From the NCBI GenBank assembly GCA_965198175.1, contig OZ240245.1:4224001-4288000 (forward strand): a DNA stretch of 64,000 nucleotides, written 5' to 3'. The notes beneath the pieces were generated by a model, which did no database searches, was not told the DNA's origin, and was given only the letters and a program-made list of their open reading frames with translations. This document shows, piece by piece, positions 7,731 to 17,734 of this stretch. The translations under genes were made by a program, and so were the position numbers. The stretch's first letter is position 1. Each line of letters opens with the position of its first letter. The stretch comes from Candidatus Poribacteria bacterium. GTDB lineage: Bacteria > Poribacteria > WGA-4E > PCPOR2b.

Positions 7731-9977
7731 ATGCAACGAGACAAGAAAAACCAATTCATGAAAACGTCACTATTTGTAAGCTTCAAACTACTCGTATTTG
7801 TAACGGTCGCATTTGTATCAAACAGCTCCGCCCAAGATTCTCCGCAATGGGGTCTGCCCGATGGCGCTAAAGCGCGCCTCGGTAAAGGTGTGATAAATGA
7901 ATTACAGTATTCGCCCGACGGCACCCGCCTTGCGGTGGCTAGCGGTATCGGTATTTGGCTCTACGATACGGCGACCCACCAAGAGGTCGCCCTGCTCGCT
8001 GGGCATATGTCTGCCGAAAGCGCTGCCTTCAGTCCCGATGGACACACACTCGCAAGTAGGAGTGGGAACACTATCCAATTCTGGGACACCGATACGGGCG
8101 AACACGTTCGAACACTCACCGTATCGGATTGGGTCGATAGCGTTACGTTCAGTCCCGATGGGCGCGCCATAGCAAGTAGTACGATTTGGGATTTTCCCGG
8201 TGATGAAGGTGTGGTATATACCATCCGTCTATGGGACGCTGATACGGGCGAAATCCTCCGAACCCTCTCCGGGCATTCTGGTACTGTCGAAAGCGTTTCG
8301 TTCAGTCCTGATGGACACACTGTCGCAAGTGGGGGTTGGGACCATACCGTCCGGCTGTGGAACGCTGCCACGGGTGAACTCCTGCACACGCTCAACGGGC
8401 ATTTTGGCATTGTCGATAGCATCGCATTCAGCCCGGATGGCGCCACGCTTGCCAGCGAGGATTTTTTCGAGATTAGTCTGTGGGACGTTGCTTCGGGCGA
8501 ACTTCTTCGGACGCTCGAGCCGCAAAGAAGTGGCGTCAATAGTGTCGCCTTCAGTCCAGATGGTGCAACGCTTGCCAGTGGGATTTGGGAAGAGATTCAT
8601 CTTTGGGACGCTGCCTCCGGCGAACTCATCCGAACACTCAACGGGCATACGAGTTGGGTCAATAGCGTTGCGTTCAGTCCTGATGGGCGTACTATCACCA
8701 GTCACAGTCGGAACAGTACCATCCGGCTGTGGGACGCTGACTCGGGCAACCACGTCCGAACGCTCAACGGGCATACGAGTTCGCTCGGGAGCGTCGCACT
8801 CAGCCCTGACGGTGCAACGCTCGCTGGTGGGAGTGATGTCGGAACCGTGTGGCTGTGGGACGTTGCGGCTCGCCAACACCTGCGTACGCTCGCCGGACAT
8901 AGACGTACTGTCAATAGCGTCGCTTTCAGCCCAGATGGAACAACGCTCGCTAGCGGGAGCGATGACAGTACCATACGGTTGTGGGACGTTGCGGCTCGCC
9001 AACACCTGCGTACGCTCTCCGGGCATAGACGTGATGTCAATAGCGTCGCCTTCAGCCCAGATGGTGACAATATCGTTAGTGGAGGTTATGACAGTAGGGC
9101 GCGGCTTTGGGACGCTGACACAGGAAATCACCTGTTCATGTTCGACGAGCATACAGGTTCTGTCAATAGCGTCGCATTCCACCCGGATGGGCGCACTGTT
9201 GCCAGTGCGGGTAGGGACAGTATCATCCGCCTGTGGGACGCTGACTCAGGCAACCAGTTGCGCACACTCGAAGGGCATACGGGTACTGTCGGTAACGTCG
9301 CTTTCAGTCCTGACGGTGCAACGCTCGCTAGTGGGAGCTGGAAAGAGATTTTTCTGTGGGACACTGCTGCGGGCGACCGCCTGCGAATGCTCAACGGGCA
9401 GACGAATGGGGTCAGTAGCCTCGCCTTCAGCGCAGATGGCGACACGCTCGCTAGTGGAAGCTCGAAAGAGATTCACCTGTGGGATGTTGCCACTGGCAAC
9501 CACCTGCGAACACTCACCGGGCATGCGAGGTCGGTCAGTAGTGTTGCTTTCAACCATGATGGTGACACCCTCGCTAGTGCAAGTTGGGACGGCACCGTGT
9601 TGCTGTGGGAAATTACCGCATCAACCGGCGTTGGGATTGGGGTGGAACCGTTGGAAAGTCACCTCACGACGCTCGGAAACATCAAACGTACGGCGTTGCT
9701 GCAAAATTATCCGAATCCGTTCAATCCCGAAACTTGGATACCGTATCAGTTGGCAAAAGATTCGCGCGTTACCTTGAACATCTATGACCAAAATGGTCAT
9801 ATCGTCCGCACCCTTGACATTGGGCATCAAGATTCAGGAATCTACCGAGACAAAGCAGAAGCAGCGTATTGGGACGGACGCAACCAAAACGGAGAACCCG
9901 TCACGAGCGGAGCCTATTACTATCAACTTCGGGCGGGTGATTACACCACGTTGCGGCGGATGGTTGTTGTCAAGTAG
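7731..9977 (+). CDS. Secreted WD40-repeat protein (14 repeats) with C-terminal FlgD-Ig/T9SS-sorting-like domain
   Basis: SD AAGGAGG; signal peptide; 14 x GH...V.SVAFSPDG..LASGS.D..IRLWD; tail LLQNYPNPFNPETWIPYQLA...YWDGRN..GE.V.SG.YYY. Confidence 0.92.
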   Translation: MQRDKKNQFMKTSLFVSFKLLVFVTVAFVSNSSAQDSPQWGLPDGAKARLGKGVINELQYSPDGTRLAVASGIGIWLYDTATHQEVALLAGHMSAESAAFSPDGHTLASRSGNTIQFWDTDTGEHVRTLTVSDWVDSVTFSPDGRAIASSTIWDFPGDEGVVYTIRLWDADTGEILRTLSGHSGTVESVSFSPDGHTVASGGWDHTVRLWNAATGELLHTLNGHFGIVDSIAFSPDGATLASEDFFEISLWDVASGELLRTLEPQRSGVNSVAFSPDGATLASGIWEEIHLWDAASGELIRTLNGHTSWVNSVAFSPDGRTITSHSRNSTIRLWDADSGNHVRTLNGHTSSLGSVALSPDGATLAGGSDVGTVWLWDVAARQHLRTLAGHRRTVNSVAFSPDGTTLASGSDDSTIRLWDVAARQHLRTLSGHRRDVNSVAFSPDGDNIVSGGYDSRARLWDADTGNHLFMFDEHTGSVNSVAFHPDGRTVASAGRDSIIRLWDADSGNQLRTLEGHTGTVGNVAFSPDGATLASGSWKEIFLWDTAAGDRLRMLNGQTNGVSSLAFSADGDTLASGSSKEIHLWDVATGNHLRTLTGHARSVSSVAFNHDGDTLASASWDGTVLLWEITASTGVGIGVEPLESHLTTLGNIKRTALLQNYPNPFNPETWIPYQLAKDSRVTLNIYDQNGHIVRTLDIGHQDSGIYRDKAEAAYWDGRNQNGEPVTSGAYYYQLRAGDYTTLRRMVVVK

Positions 9978-10107
9978 GACCGCACAATAGGAGTGATAAA
10001 CCAGTATTTAGAAAAACAGTATTCCGTAGCTACGGGGAGGGAGATTTGCAGTTCAACACAGTGTAAACCGTAGTGACTAGAGCGCTGACAGGAAGGAGAG
10101 AGCCTCA

Positions 10108-11481
10108 ATGACCACATCGAAACGAACAACTTGGAAAGCTGGACTTGCTTTGATTGTGCTGACGGTCTGGATCGGTATTGATGGATTCTCAGCGTTCTCC
10201 GAAGCGCAGGTGCAGCCTCCCCGCCGAAAACGGCGAGTCATGATCAGCCCAAAAAAGCGACCGAAAGCGGAAGAAACAAAGGTTAACATCGGAAAAAGCC
10301 TCCTCGGCATCGCGCGCCGCGCTAGCCGTCAAAGTAAGCATAAGGTGGTTGATTTTGTCTTTGTCATCGAACGCGGCGAGAAAATGAGAAAGTCGATTGA
10401 GGAGATTGAAGAACAGCTTGACAATGTGGTGAGTGTGTTCGAGGAGTCGGGGGTGGACTACCAGTTAGCGCCGATCTGGTTTCAAAATCAGGGCGGTCCA
10501 AAATTCGAGGGTAGTCCATTGAGGAACGACATCCGTGCGATTCAAGCGGGTTGTTACGCACAACATCGGGGCGACTATTCAACAGGATATGGTCTTGAGG
10601 CGATCATGTGGGGGGTAAGGGAGTTGGACTTCAGATCAGACGCTAGCAAGCACATGATTGTCGTCACGAGTTCACGGTTGCGAACCGCATGGGATGTGCC
10701 TAATGCAAAACAGCAGCTTGTGAATCAGATTATCGAGCGGTGTAAGCAGGATGAGATTCACATCAACGTTATTGGGGTAAATGAAGCCGTGCAGCTACAA
10801 TTAGCGGAGGAATCCGGTGGGAAGTGGTACGCGGTTGACGAATACCAGCAGCGACAAACGCCATTATCGGTTATGGATAAGAGGATTCTCAAATTTGACG
10901 GGATTTTCGAACGCATTGCCGAACTCATCGTTGGGACGGTGAAGCCATCTTCCGATATTGTCTTCGTCTTCGATTCCAGCTTCAGCATGGAAACCAAAAC
11001 TGATGAGATTTGTACAGGGGTAGACAGAATGGCGGCTATCCTTGATGTCGAAGGACTCGACTACCGATTTGGAATCATCCGGTTTTGGGCGCGAGCAGGC
11101 GGGGGAGGAAGCAGTATTGTGGTGACAAAGCCGCCGTTAGATGCAGAGCAGGTCAAGAAGGTATTCCGGCTTCCCAAGCGCGGCGATGAACACGTGCTCG
11201 ACGCAATTATGGAAGGTGTCCCCAAGCTCAAAACACCTGAGGATCGCCAGCTTGTCCTCATTATCGTAACCGATGAATCAACCAGCCATCGTCGAGAGAA
11301 GGGATACACACCTGGAAGAGCGATTGCCGTTTGTCGCCAAGCTGGCGCAATTGTTTACGTCATCGGCGGTGTCACTTCAATGAATAGCGAGACTGATGTC
11401 TTTCAGCGCCGTGTCACCGAAGTAACTAAGGGGGAACACTTCATTATGCCTGGTGCTACGATTGCTGACGAACGGTGGTAA
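10108..11481 (+). CDS. Secreted protein with two tandem vWA domains
   Basis: Signal peptide; VDFVFVIERGEKM...LEAI..G...FRSDASKHMIVVT and DIVFVFDSSFSM...LDAIMEG...LVLIIVTDE. Confidence 0.8.
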   Translation: MTTSKRTTWKAGLALIVLTVWIGIDGFSAFSEAQVQPPRRKRRVMISPKKRPKAEETKVNIGKSLLGIARRASRQSKHKVVDFVFVIERGEKMRKSIEEIEEQLDNVVSVFEESGVDYQLAPIWFQNQGGPKFEGSPLRNDIRAIQAGCYAQHRGDYSTGYGLEAIMWGVRELDFRSDASKHMIVVTSSRLRTAWDVPNAKQQLVNQIIERCKQDEIHINVIGVNEAVQLQLAEESGGKWYAVDEYQQRQTPLSVMDKRILKFDGIFERIAELIVGTVKPSSDIVFVFDSSFSMETKTDEICTGVDRMAAILDVEGLDYRFGIIRFWARAGGGGSSIVVTKPPLDAEQVKKVFRLPKRGDEHVLDAIMEGVPKLKTPEDRQLVLIIVTDESTSHRREKGYTPGRAIAVCRQAGAIVYVIGGVTSMNSETDVFQRRVTEVTKGEHFIMPGATIADERW

Positions 11482-11525
11482 TCGAAAACACCAGGATTTG
11501 ATTGGGTTTAACACCTACAATAAAC

Positions 11526-12248
11526 TCACAACCGATTGAGAATCTCCGCAAGCTGACGAAAATCATCAAACGCAGCATCAGACAGCTCATCATCGCCCTC
11601 TCCTGCTCTAACGCCTGAAAAGCGAACCGCTTTCATCCCCGCGTTTTTCGCACCGACAATATCTGTCCAAACCAAATCACCGATATGCACCGCGTCAACA
11701 GGTTGTACGTCGAGCCGTCGTAGGGTCGAATGGAACTGTATGACTTCCGGTTTAGTATGCACCGTCTCGTCAGAATAGGTCTGTGCCGAGAATTTGTCTA
11801 AGATATCATCCTCTGCCATTAAACGACGCAAAAATCGACTTGGCGTCAAACCCGTGTCTGAAATAATCCCCAACTGATACTTTGTGCTGAGTTGGGCAAG
11901 CGTATCTTTGGCGTACGGAACAAGCACCGGTGGTACATTTAAGCAGGCTTCACCCGTGAGTTGGACGAGGTCGTCCACGACTGACGGGGTAGGATGAATA
12001 CCAAGCGTGCCTAAAAGGCGCATAATACACGCTTCCACCGTGACACCCCGATGTTGGTGCCACATCTCAGCGGCGAGACCGTAGGCGGCTCGAAAGCCAG
12101 AATTAACCTCAGACGGTGTCACGTTGTGCCCGCTTTCCAAAAGGAATTGGTGACAGCGACGGGTTCGCATAGCCTGACGCTGGCGCCTCAGCTCTGGAGA
12201 ATCTGCGTAAAGGGTTTGCCAAAAATCAAATGTGATGGCTTTAATCAT
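11526..12248 (-). CDS. HAD-family hydrolase
   Basis: IKAITFDFWQTL (motif I), ISDT, KP, VHIGDLVWTDIVGAKNAGM. Confidence 0.9.
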   Translation of the reverse strand: MIKAITFDFWQTLYADSPELRRQRQAMRTRRCHQFLLESGHNVTPSEVNSGFRAAYGLAAEMWHQHRGVTVEACIMRLLGTLGIHPTPSVVDDLVQLTGEACLNVPPVLVPYAKDTLAQLSTKYQLGIISDTGLTPSRFLRRLMAEDDILDKFSAQTYSDETVHTKPEVIQFHSTLRRLDVQPVDAVHIGDLVWTDIVGAKNAGMKAVRFSGVRAGEGDDELSDAAFDDFRQLAEILNRL

Positions 12249-12297
12249 ACCCGCCTTTCAATTGGTGTCGCTCGTGAAACTTCAAAGTCAGCCTGCT

Positions 12298-12326
12298 ATA
12301 ATAGAACAGCGTGCGAATTAAGTCAA
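12298..12326 (-). promoter_or_regulatory. Sigma-70-type promoter for the HAD gene
   Basis: TTGACT-N17-TATTAT on the - strand. Confidence 0.55.
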
Positions 12327-12464
12327 TCGCTTTTTCTAGTTTGTGTCCGTTGAGAATACGGGTAACATTTTCGGATTGACGGGCGCAAGAGCGGTGTGTT
12401 AAGATTTTGACAATCTGAATCACATGCTCAATCCCCGTAAAGTTGTCAAATAAGGATTCTAGCT

Positions 12465-12974
12465 GTGTCCCCGAAGGTCGCTGTTTTTCCCGCAAGTTTT
12501 GATCCCGTTACGAACGGTCACATCGATCTGATTGACCGCGTCTGCAACCTCTCCCTTTTCGATACGCTGATTGTAGCAATCGGCATCAATCCCACCAAGT
12601 CTCCCCGATTCACGCTTGAGGAACAGATTGAAATGTTGGAAGCAGTCATCCAGCCATACCCAAATGTCACCATAGATAAGTTCTCCGGACTCACAGCACA
12701 ATATGCTCAAGAGCGGGGCGCTTGTGCAATTATTCGAGGTCTGCGAGAATTCTCCGACTTTGAAAAGGAATTCCAAATGGCGCGCATGAATCGCCAGATA
12801 GCCCCTGGGGTTGACACCTTATTCATGATGGCAAACACCAAGTATGCTCATTTGAGTTCCACACTCGTCATGGAAATTTTACAGATAGGCGGACCAAAAG
12901 TGAGTGAAGACAAGCTATTGGAAATGGTTCCTCCGGTTGTGTTGAAGATATTAAAAAAGAAGTTTGAGCAATAA
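12465..12974 (+). CDS. coaD: Phosphopantetheine adenylyltransferase
   Basis: AVFPASFDPVTNGHIDLI, IIRGLREFSDFEKEFQMA..N, LSSTLV.EI. Confidence 0.95.
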   Translation: MSPKVAVFPASFDPVTNGHIDLIDRVCNLSLFDTLIVAIGINPTKSPRFTLEEQIEMLEAVIQPYPNVTIDKFSGLTAQYAQERGACAIIRGLREFSDFEKEFQMARMNRQIAPGVDTLFMMANTKYAHLSSTLVMEILQIGGPKVSEDKLLEMVPPVVLKILKKKFEQ

Positions 12975-13050
12975 TCTATTGAAGGCTCATTGAGTACGGG
13001 TAGGGCAACTAAGACAAAACAGTTCGTAACTTCAGTGGAGCTACTGTAGG

Positions 13051-13554
13051 ATGCGCAGACCGAAGATACTCACAATCGATGAGGAACTTCGACTCCTCGA
13101 CTGGACCCATCGAAATCGCAGTTTTCGAGACTACCTCGTTATCCTAACCATCCTGCGGACGGGGCTGCGCGCTGCAGAACTCCGCGAATTACTCGTCTCT
13201 GATCTCAAAGCCAATGCTGAAACCTTCACCCAGCTCGTAGTTCGTGCAGAAATTGCACACAATAACAAACCACGCTCCATCGCCATCTCCAACGAATTCC
13301 AAGGACAGTTAAAAGCATTTCTCAAATGGAAGCAGCACCGCGGCGAAGCCATCACTCCGAGGTCGTTTCTGTTTGTTAGCACCGGATTCCCCCAGATAAC
13401 AGTCCGACATCTCCAACGCATCGTACGAGAATCCACCCGTGGTGCGTTCGGTACTTCATATCGCCCCCACGATTTACGATTAACCTTTGAAGCGTGCACT
13501 CTCCCACAAATCCCCGCCGGGACACAGATTCACACACCGCTTAAAATCGATTAG
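13051..13554 (+). CDS. Tyrosine-recombinase-family protein (FimB-like catalytic-domain-only architecture), lacking the C-terminal catalytic Tyr segment
   Basis: LT..E..LL...RDYL.IL.ILRTGLRAAEL..L.VSD and PHDLR are present; the ORF ends 24 aa after HDLR with no LGH...Y. Confidence 0.75.
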   Translation: MRRPKILTIDEELRLLDWTHRNRSFRDYLVILTILRTGLRAAELRELLVSDLKANAETFTQLVVRAEIAHNNKPRSIAISNEFQGQLKAFLKWKQHRGEAITPRSFLFVSTGFPQITVRHLQRIVRESTRGAFGTSYRPHDLRLTFEACTLPQIPAGTQIHTPLKID

Positions 13555-13699
13555 AAGTCACACTCTGAATCGGAGACGCATCGCTGCAAAACTCTCGACG
13601 TATTCCGATTGAACCACTTTTTTCCTTGCCTTCTTATATGGAATCGTGTATCCTTCAAGAAAGCATCTGAATCCACAGGTATTTTTCAAGAGGCAAGAT

Positions 13700-14578
13700 A
13701 TGCATTGGGACTTTGAAAAGGTTGCTGGACCGTTCAGCTTTACCGAAGGACCCGCTTGGGGCGTGGAGGCTGTCCTCTTTACCGACATCCCGAACAGCCG
13801 TATCATGCGCTATACGCCAAGCGATGGTGAATCCACCGTCTTTCGCACAGGAACAAACGGTGCTAATGGGCTAGTGTTCGACAAGACTGGACAGTTGTAC
13901 GGCTGCGAGGGCAGCGGCCGGAGGATTGTGCGCTACAACCGAGACGGAACAACTACTGTCATTGCGGACAAATTTGACGGGAAACGCCTCAACAGCCCGA
14001 ACGATCTCGCTTTCGATGCTCAAGGCGGGCTTTGGTTCACCGATCCGCGCTACGGCGATAGAACCGATGATCTAGAGTTGGATCACCAGTCGGTGTTTCG
14101 GTTGGATCCTCAACCAGATGACACTTGGAAAATCAATCGGGTCACCTATGACACAACGAAACCGAATGGACTCTTAATCTCCCCGGATCGGAAGTGGCTC
14201 TACGTCGCCCAGAGCGAATACGGCGTAGATAAGAAACGAGAGCTACGCGCCTATCCAATCAAAGATGATGGAACGGTTGGCGACTATGAGGTCCTGCATA
14301 ACTTCTACCCACATCGCGGCGTTGATGGTATGTGTTTGGATACTGAAGGCAACATCATCGCCGCCGCAGGCTGGCGAAAAAGTGGGCCTGGACCAATGAT
14401 TTATATCTTCGCGCCCAACGGTCGTGTCCTGGAAACGCATCCGATTCCAGCGGATATCCCCACAAATTGCACCTTTGGAGATGCCGATCTGCGGACGCTT
14501 TATGTAACCGCAGGAGGCTGTCTATATCGCATCCGCACCGAACGCACAGGATATCTCATTTTCCCTTATCGACAATAA
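13700..14578 (+). CDS. SMP-30/gluconolactonase/LRE family protein
   Basis: FTEGPAW, ANGL, GKRLNSPNDL, WFTDPRYG, KPNGL.ISPD, DGM.LD.EGN, PTNCTFG; ATG 13700 preferred over the GTG at 13646. Confidence 0.9.
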   Translation: MHWDFEKVAGPFSFTEGPAWGVEAVLFTDIPNSRIMRYTPSDGESTVFRTGTNGANGLVFDKTGQLYGCEGSGRRIVRYNRDGTTTVIADKFDGKRLNSPNDLAFDAQGGLWFTDPRYGDRTDDLELDHQSVFRLDPQPDDTWKINRVTYDTTKPNGLLISPDRKWLYVAQSEYGVDKKRELRAYPIKDDGTVGDYEVLHNFYPHRGVDGMCLDTEGNIIAAAGWRKSGPGPMIYIFAPNGRVLETHPIPADIPTNCTFGDADLRTLYVTAGGCLYRIRTERTGYLIFPYRQ

Positions 14579-14705
14579 ATCGGTCGTATTCAAAAATGCG
14601 GTGGTGGCGTTAGAAGAATTTCAGGAGTAGAGTTACCCTTGATGAGTCTCGTGAAGATATGCTAAAATTATAAGAGTTGATGGGGTGACATTTGGCGAGG
14701 GAGAT

Positions 14706-15722
14706 GTGAGCCTACAAGCTGTTTTAGATCGACTGGAAGGCAAACATGTCGTTATCATCGGTGATGTCATTTTAGATGCGTACATCTGGGGCGATGTCAA
14801 GCGAATTTCACCGGAAGCCCCTGTTCCAGTATTAGAAATGACCTCTGAAACAGCTCGATTCGGCGGCGCTGCGAACGTAGCGCATAACGTTGCGAGTCTG
14901 AGTGGGTACGCGGACCTCATTGGAGTGATAGGCGATGATAGTAACGGTACGACACTGGTTGAGATACTTCAAGAAGCAGGGGTTAATACCGACGGCATCT
15001 GCACCGATTCGAGTCGTCCAACAAGCACCAAAACCCGTGTGATTGCGCGAGCCTCGTCTACGAGCGTGTCAAATCATCAACAGCTCGTGCGAATTGACCG
15101 AGAATCTAAGTTGCCTGTTGATGCGTCCCTACAGGATGAGTTGCTGAAAACTGTTGTCAATCGGATTCCACAGGCAGACGCACTCATTATTGAAGACTAC
15201 GAGAAGGGCGTGATGAGTGTTGAGCTCATCGAGAATATTCTCGTTGAAGCACGTCAATACGACAAACCGATTGTCGTTGATCCTAAAGTCGAAAATTTTT
15301 GGAACTACAAAGGGGTAACATCAATCACGCCTAACCACAAGGAAGCCGGTGCAGCCTTGAACCGGGAAATCACCGATGAACACACCTTAATTGAGGTCGG
15401 CGAAGAGATATTAGACCGCTTAAATCTTGAAGGTTTACTAATCACCCGTGGTGAGCAAGGTATGTCTTTATTTCGCAGGACTGGAGACAACGGGCGAACG
15501 CAGGTTGAGCACATTTGTCCTGCACATCCACGCGACGTGTTTGACGACACGGGCGCTGGCGATACCGTTGTAGCTGTATTCACACTTGCCCTCGCGGCAC
15601 ATGCTGACATGTTCGACGCCGCCCGGCTTTCTAATTTGGCTGGAGGAATCGTCGTTGGCGAGGTCGGCTGTGCTGCTGCTACACGTGAGAGCCTTTCTCA
15701 GGCGATTCGTTTGGAGATGTAG
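14706..15722 (+). CDS. rfaE1: D-glycero-beta-D-manno-heptose-7-phosphate kinase (RfaE domain I/HldA)
   Basis: IGDVILDAYIWGDVKRISPEAPVPV, GGAANVA, QQLVRIDRE, DYEKG, ITPNHKEA, DDTGAGDTV. Confidence 0.93.
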   Translation: MSLQAVLDRLEGKHVVIIGDVILDAYIWGDVKRISPEAPVPVLEMTSETARFGGAANVAHNVASLSGYADLIGVIGDDSNGTTLVEILQEAGVNTDGICTDSSRPTSTKTRVIARASSTSVSNHQQLVRIDRESKLPVDASLQDELLKTVVNRIPQADALIIEDYEKGVMSVELIENILVEARQYDKPIVVDPKVENFWNYKGVTSITPNHKEAGAALNREITDEHTLIEVGEEILDRLNLEGLLITRGEQGMSLFRRTGDNGRTQVEHICPAHPRDVFDDTGAGDTVVAVFTLALAAHADMFDAARLSNLAGGIVVGEVGCAAATRESLSQAIRLEM

Positions 15723-15723
15723 C

Positions 15724-16290
15724 GTGAAGACCGTCTTTCTTGATCGGGATGGGGTGATTAATCGCAAATTTGAAAATGACTATGTCAAAAATTGGGATGA
15801 GTTTGAATTTCTCCCGAATACTCTGAGAGCGATTCAACATCTCACAGATGCCGGACACCGTCTGATTGTCGTTACGAATCAATCCTGCATCAACAAAGGC
15901 ATCGTCGCTTCACGAACACTTGACGAGATTCATCAGCGAATGGTGTCGGAAATTGAGCGAGCTAGCGGTCGTATTCACGCGATTTACTACTGTCCTCATC
16001 GGGACGACGAAGGGTGCGGTTGTCGCAAGCCCAAGCCAGGGCTTCTAATCCAAGCAGCACATGAGCACGCAATCGACCTGTCACGGTCTTACCTCGTTGG
16101 GGATTCGATGAGGGACATCGCGGCAGGTCAACAAGTTGGATGCCGGGCTTTTCTCGTGTTGACAGGAAATTACTCCCGAGTGCTTGAGAAACAAACTCAA
16201 AATGCCACATCTCGTGAGAATTTCCAACCGGAAAGGATTTTCGCCGACCTATATGGGGCAGCGATATGGATACTCGAAGAGTCAGATTGA
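15724..16290 (+). CDS. gmhB: D-glycero-beta-D-manno-heptose 1,7-bisphosphate 7-phosphatase
   Basis: VFLDRDGVIN, VTNQS, CPH....C.CRKPKPG, VGDS.RDI.AG; GTG start immediately after the rfaE1 stop. Confidence 0.92.
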   Translation: MKTVFLDRDGVINRKFENDYVKNWDEFEFLPNTLRAIQHLTDAGHRLIVVTNQSCINKGIVASRTLDEIHQRMVSEIERASGRIHAIYYCPHRDDEGCGCRKPKPGLLIQAAHEHAIDLSRSYLVGDSMRDIAAGQQVGCRAFLVLTGNYSRVLEKQTQNATSRENFQPERIFADLYGAAIWILEESD

Positions 16291-16417
16291 ACGATCACGT
16301 CCAATCTTTAACTGCCGTTCTATGCACTAATTTGTATCGCCGGAGACAAGTTCGCTTGGCGGCTCGATCATCCACGAAGTTAGCACTTTAGTCTTAACAT
16401 AAGCTATTCTAATACTA

Positions 16418-17734
16418 ATGATTCGTCAAAAGATTGAAACTCGAACAATACGCGCAGGTGTTATCGGACTTGGCTATGTAGGTCTGCCACTCATGGTCGC
16501 GATCGCGAAAGCAGGCTTTTCTGTGGCGGGAATTGATTCCTCCAGCAGCAAAGTTAACCACATTCAGCGGGGGATTTCCTACATTCCGGATGTTCCGTCA
16601 GAGAATGTTGCGCCGTTTGTCGAACGCGGGCAGATTCAAGTCACAACGGATTATCAGGCGCTCAAAGATCTGGATACGATCAATATTTGCGTGCCGACGC
16701 CGTTGCGCAAGAGCAAAGATCCAGATATGAGTTTTATCCTATCTGCAGTGGAGAGAGTGGCTCAGTATTTACATAAGGATCAGTTGATTATTCTAGAAAG
16801 TACGACCTATCCCGGCACGACGGAGGAGGTTGTTCTGCCAAAGCTTGAGGCAACTGGCTTAAAGGTTGGTCACGATTTCTTCCTCGCCTTTTCCCCAGAG
16901 CGGATTGATCCGGGCAATAAAATCTATACTACGGTGAATACACCTAAGATTGTCGGAGGGATAACTCCCACTTGTACCCAGATTGCTCAACGTTTTTATG
17001 AAGAGTTTATTAACGAGGTTCATCCGGTTTCCTCCACAAGGACAGCGGAAATGGTCAAACTGTTAGAAAATACGTTCCGGAGTGTCAATATTGGTCTAGT
17101 GAACGAAATGGCGCTGATGTGCGATCGCATGAACCTGGATGTCTGGGAAATTGTCGATGCTGCAGCGACAAAACCGTTTGGATTTATGCCATTTTACCCC
17201 GGTCCAGGGTTGGGAGGGCACTGCCTCCCCATCGATCCATGGCATTTATCATGGAAGGCGAAGACATATGAGTTCTACGCTCGATTTATTGAGCTTGCTA
17301 GCGAAATCAACAGTTCAATGCCAGAGTATGTACTGGACAAGATTGTTAATGCGCTCAATCGTCAACGTAAGGCGGTTAACGGATCAAAAGTTCTGATTAT
17401 CGGAGTCGCCTATAAAAAGGATGTGGGGGATATTCGGGAATCACCGGCGATTGATCTTGTCCGCCTTATTGCCGACCGCGGCGGTGAAATTCTCTATCAT
17501 GATCCGTACGTTCCAGAATTTCACAGAGGAAGTACAGGGAATCATCTCCCAAATCACTATGTTTCTCAGGAGCTGACCGTCGATCTCGTTAGAAATGTTG
17601 ATTGCGTTGCGATTATGACAGATCACTCAAACATTGATTACAGTTGGCTTGTCAAATATGCCCATGTGGTTGTAGATACACGAAATGCAACAAAATTGGT
17701 CGATAATCATCGAGATAAGATTATCAGAATTTAA
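16418..17734 (+). CDS. Nucleotide-sugar (UDP-GlcNAc-type) 6-dehydrogenase, WbpA/WecC family
   Basis: GLGYVGLPL, CVPTPL, LESTTYPGTT, FSPERIDPG, KLLENTFR.VNIGL, GPGLGGHC, D.RESPA. Confidence 0.92.
   Translation: MIRQKIETRTIRAGVIGLGYVGLPLMVAIAKAGFSVAGIDSSSSKVNHIQRGISYIPDVPSENVAPFVERGQIQVTTDYQALKDLDTINICVPTPLRKSKDPDMSFILSAVERVAQYLHKDQLIILESTTYPGTTEEVVLPKLEATGLKVGHDFFLAFSPERIDPGNKIYTTVNTPKIVGGITPTCTQIAQRFYEEFINEVHPVSSTRTAEMVKLLENTFRSVNIGLVNEMALMCDRMNLDVWEIVDAAATKPFGFMPFYPGPGLGGHCLPIDPWHLSWKAKTYEFYARFIELASEINSSMPEYVLDKIVNALNRQRKAVNGSKVLIIGVAYKKDVGDIRESPAIDLVRLIADRGGEILYHDPYVPEFHRGSTGNHLPNHYVSQELTVDLVRNVDCVAIMTDHSNIDYSWLVKYAHVVVDTRNATKLVDNHRDKIIRI

Noticed and set aside
8200..9777. 525-aa alternative-frame ORF and several antisense ORFs over the WD40 gene
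   Set aside because: Explained by the stop-poor, highly repetitive WD40 coding sequence; low-complexity translation and no clear SD
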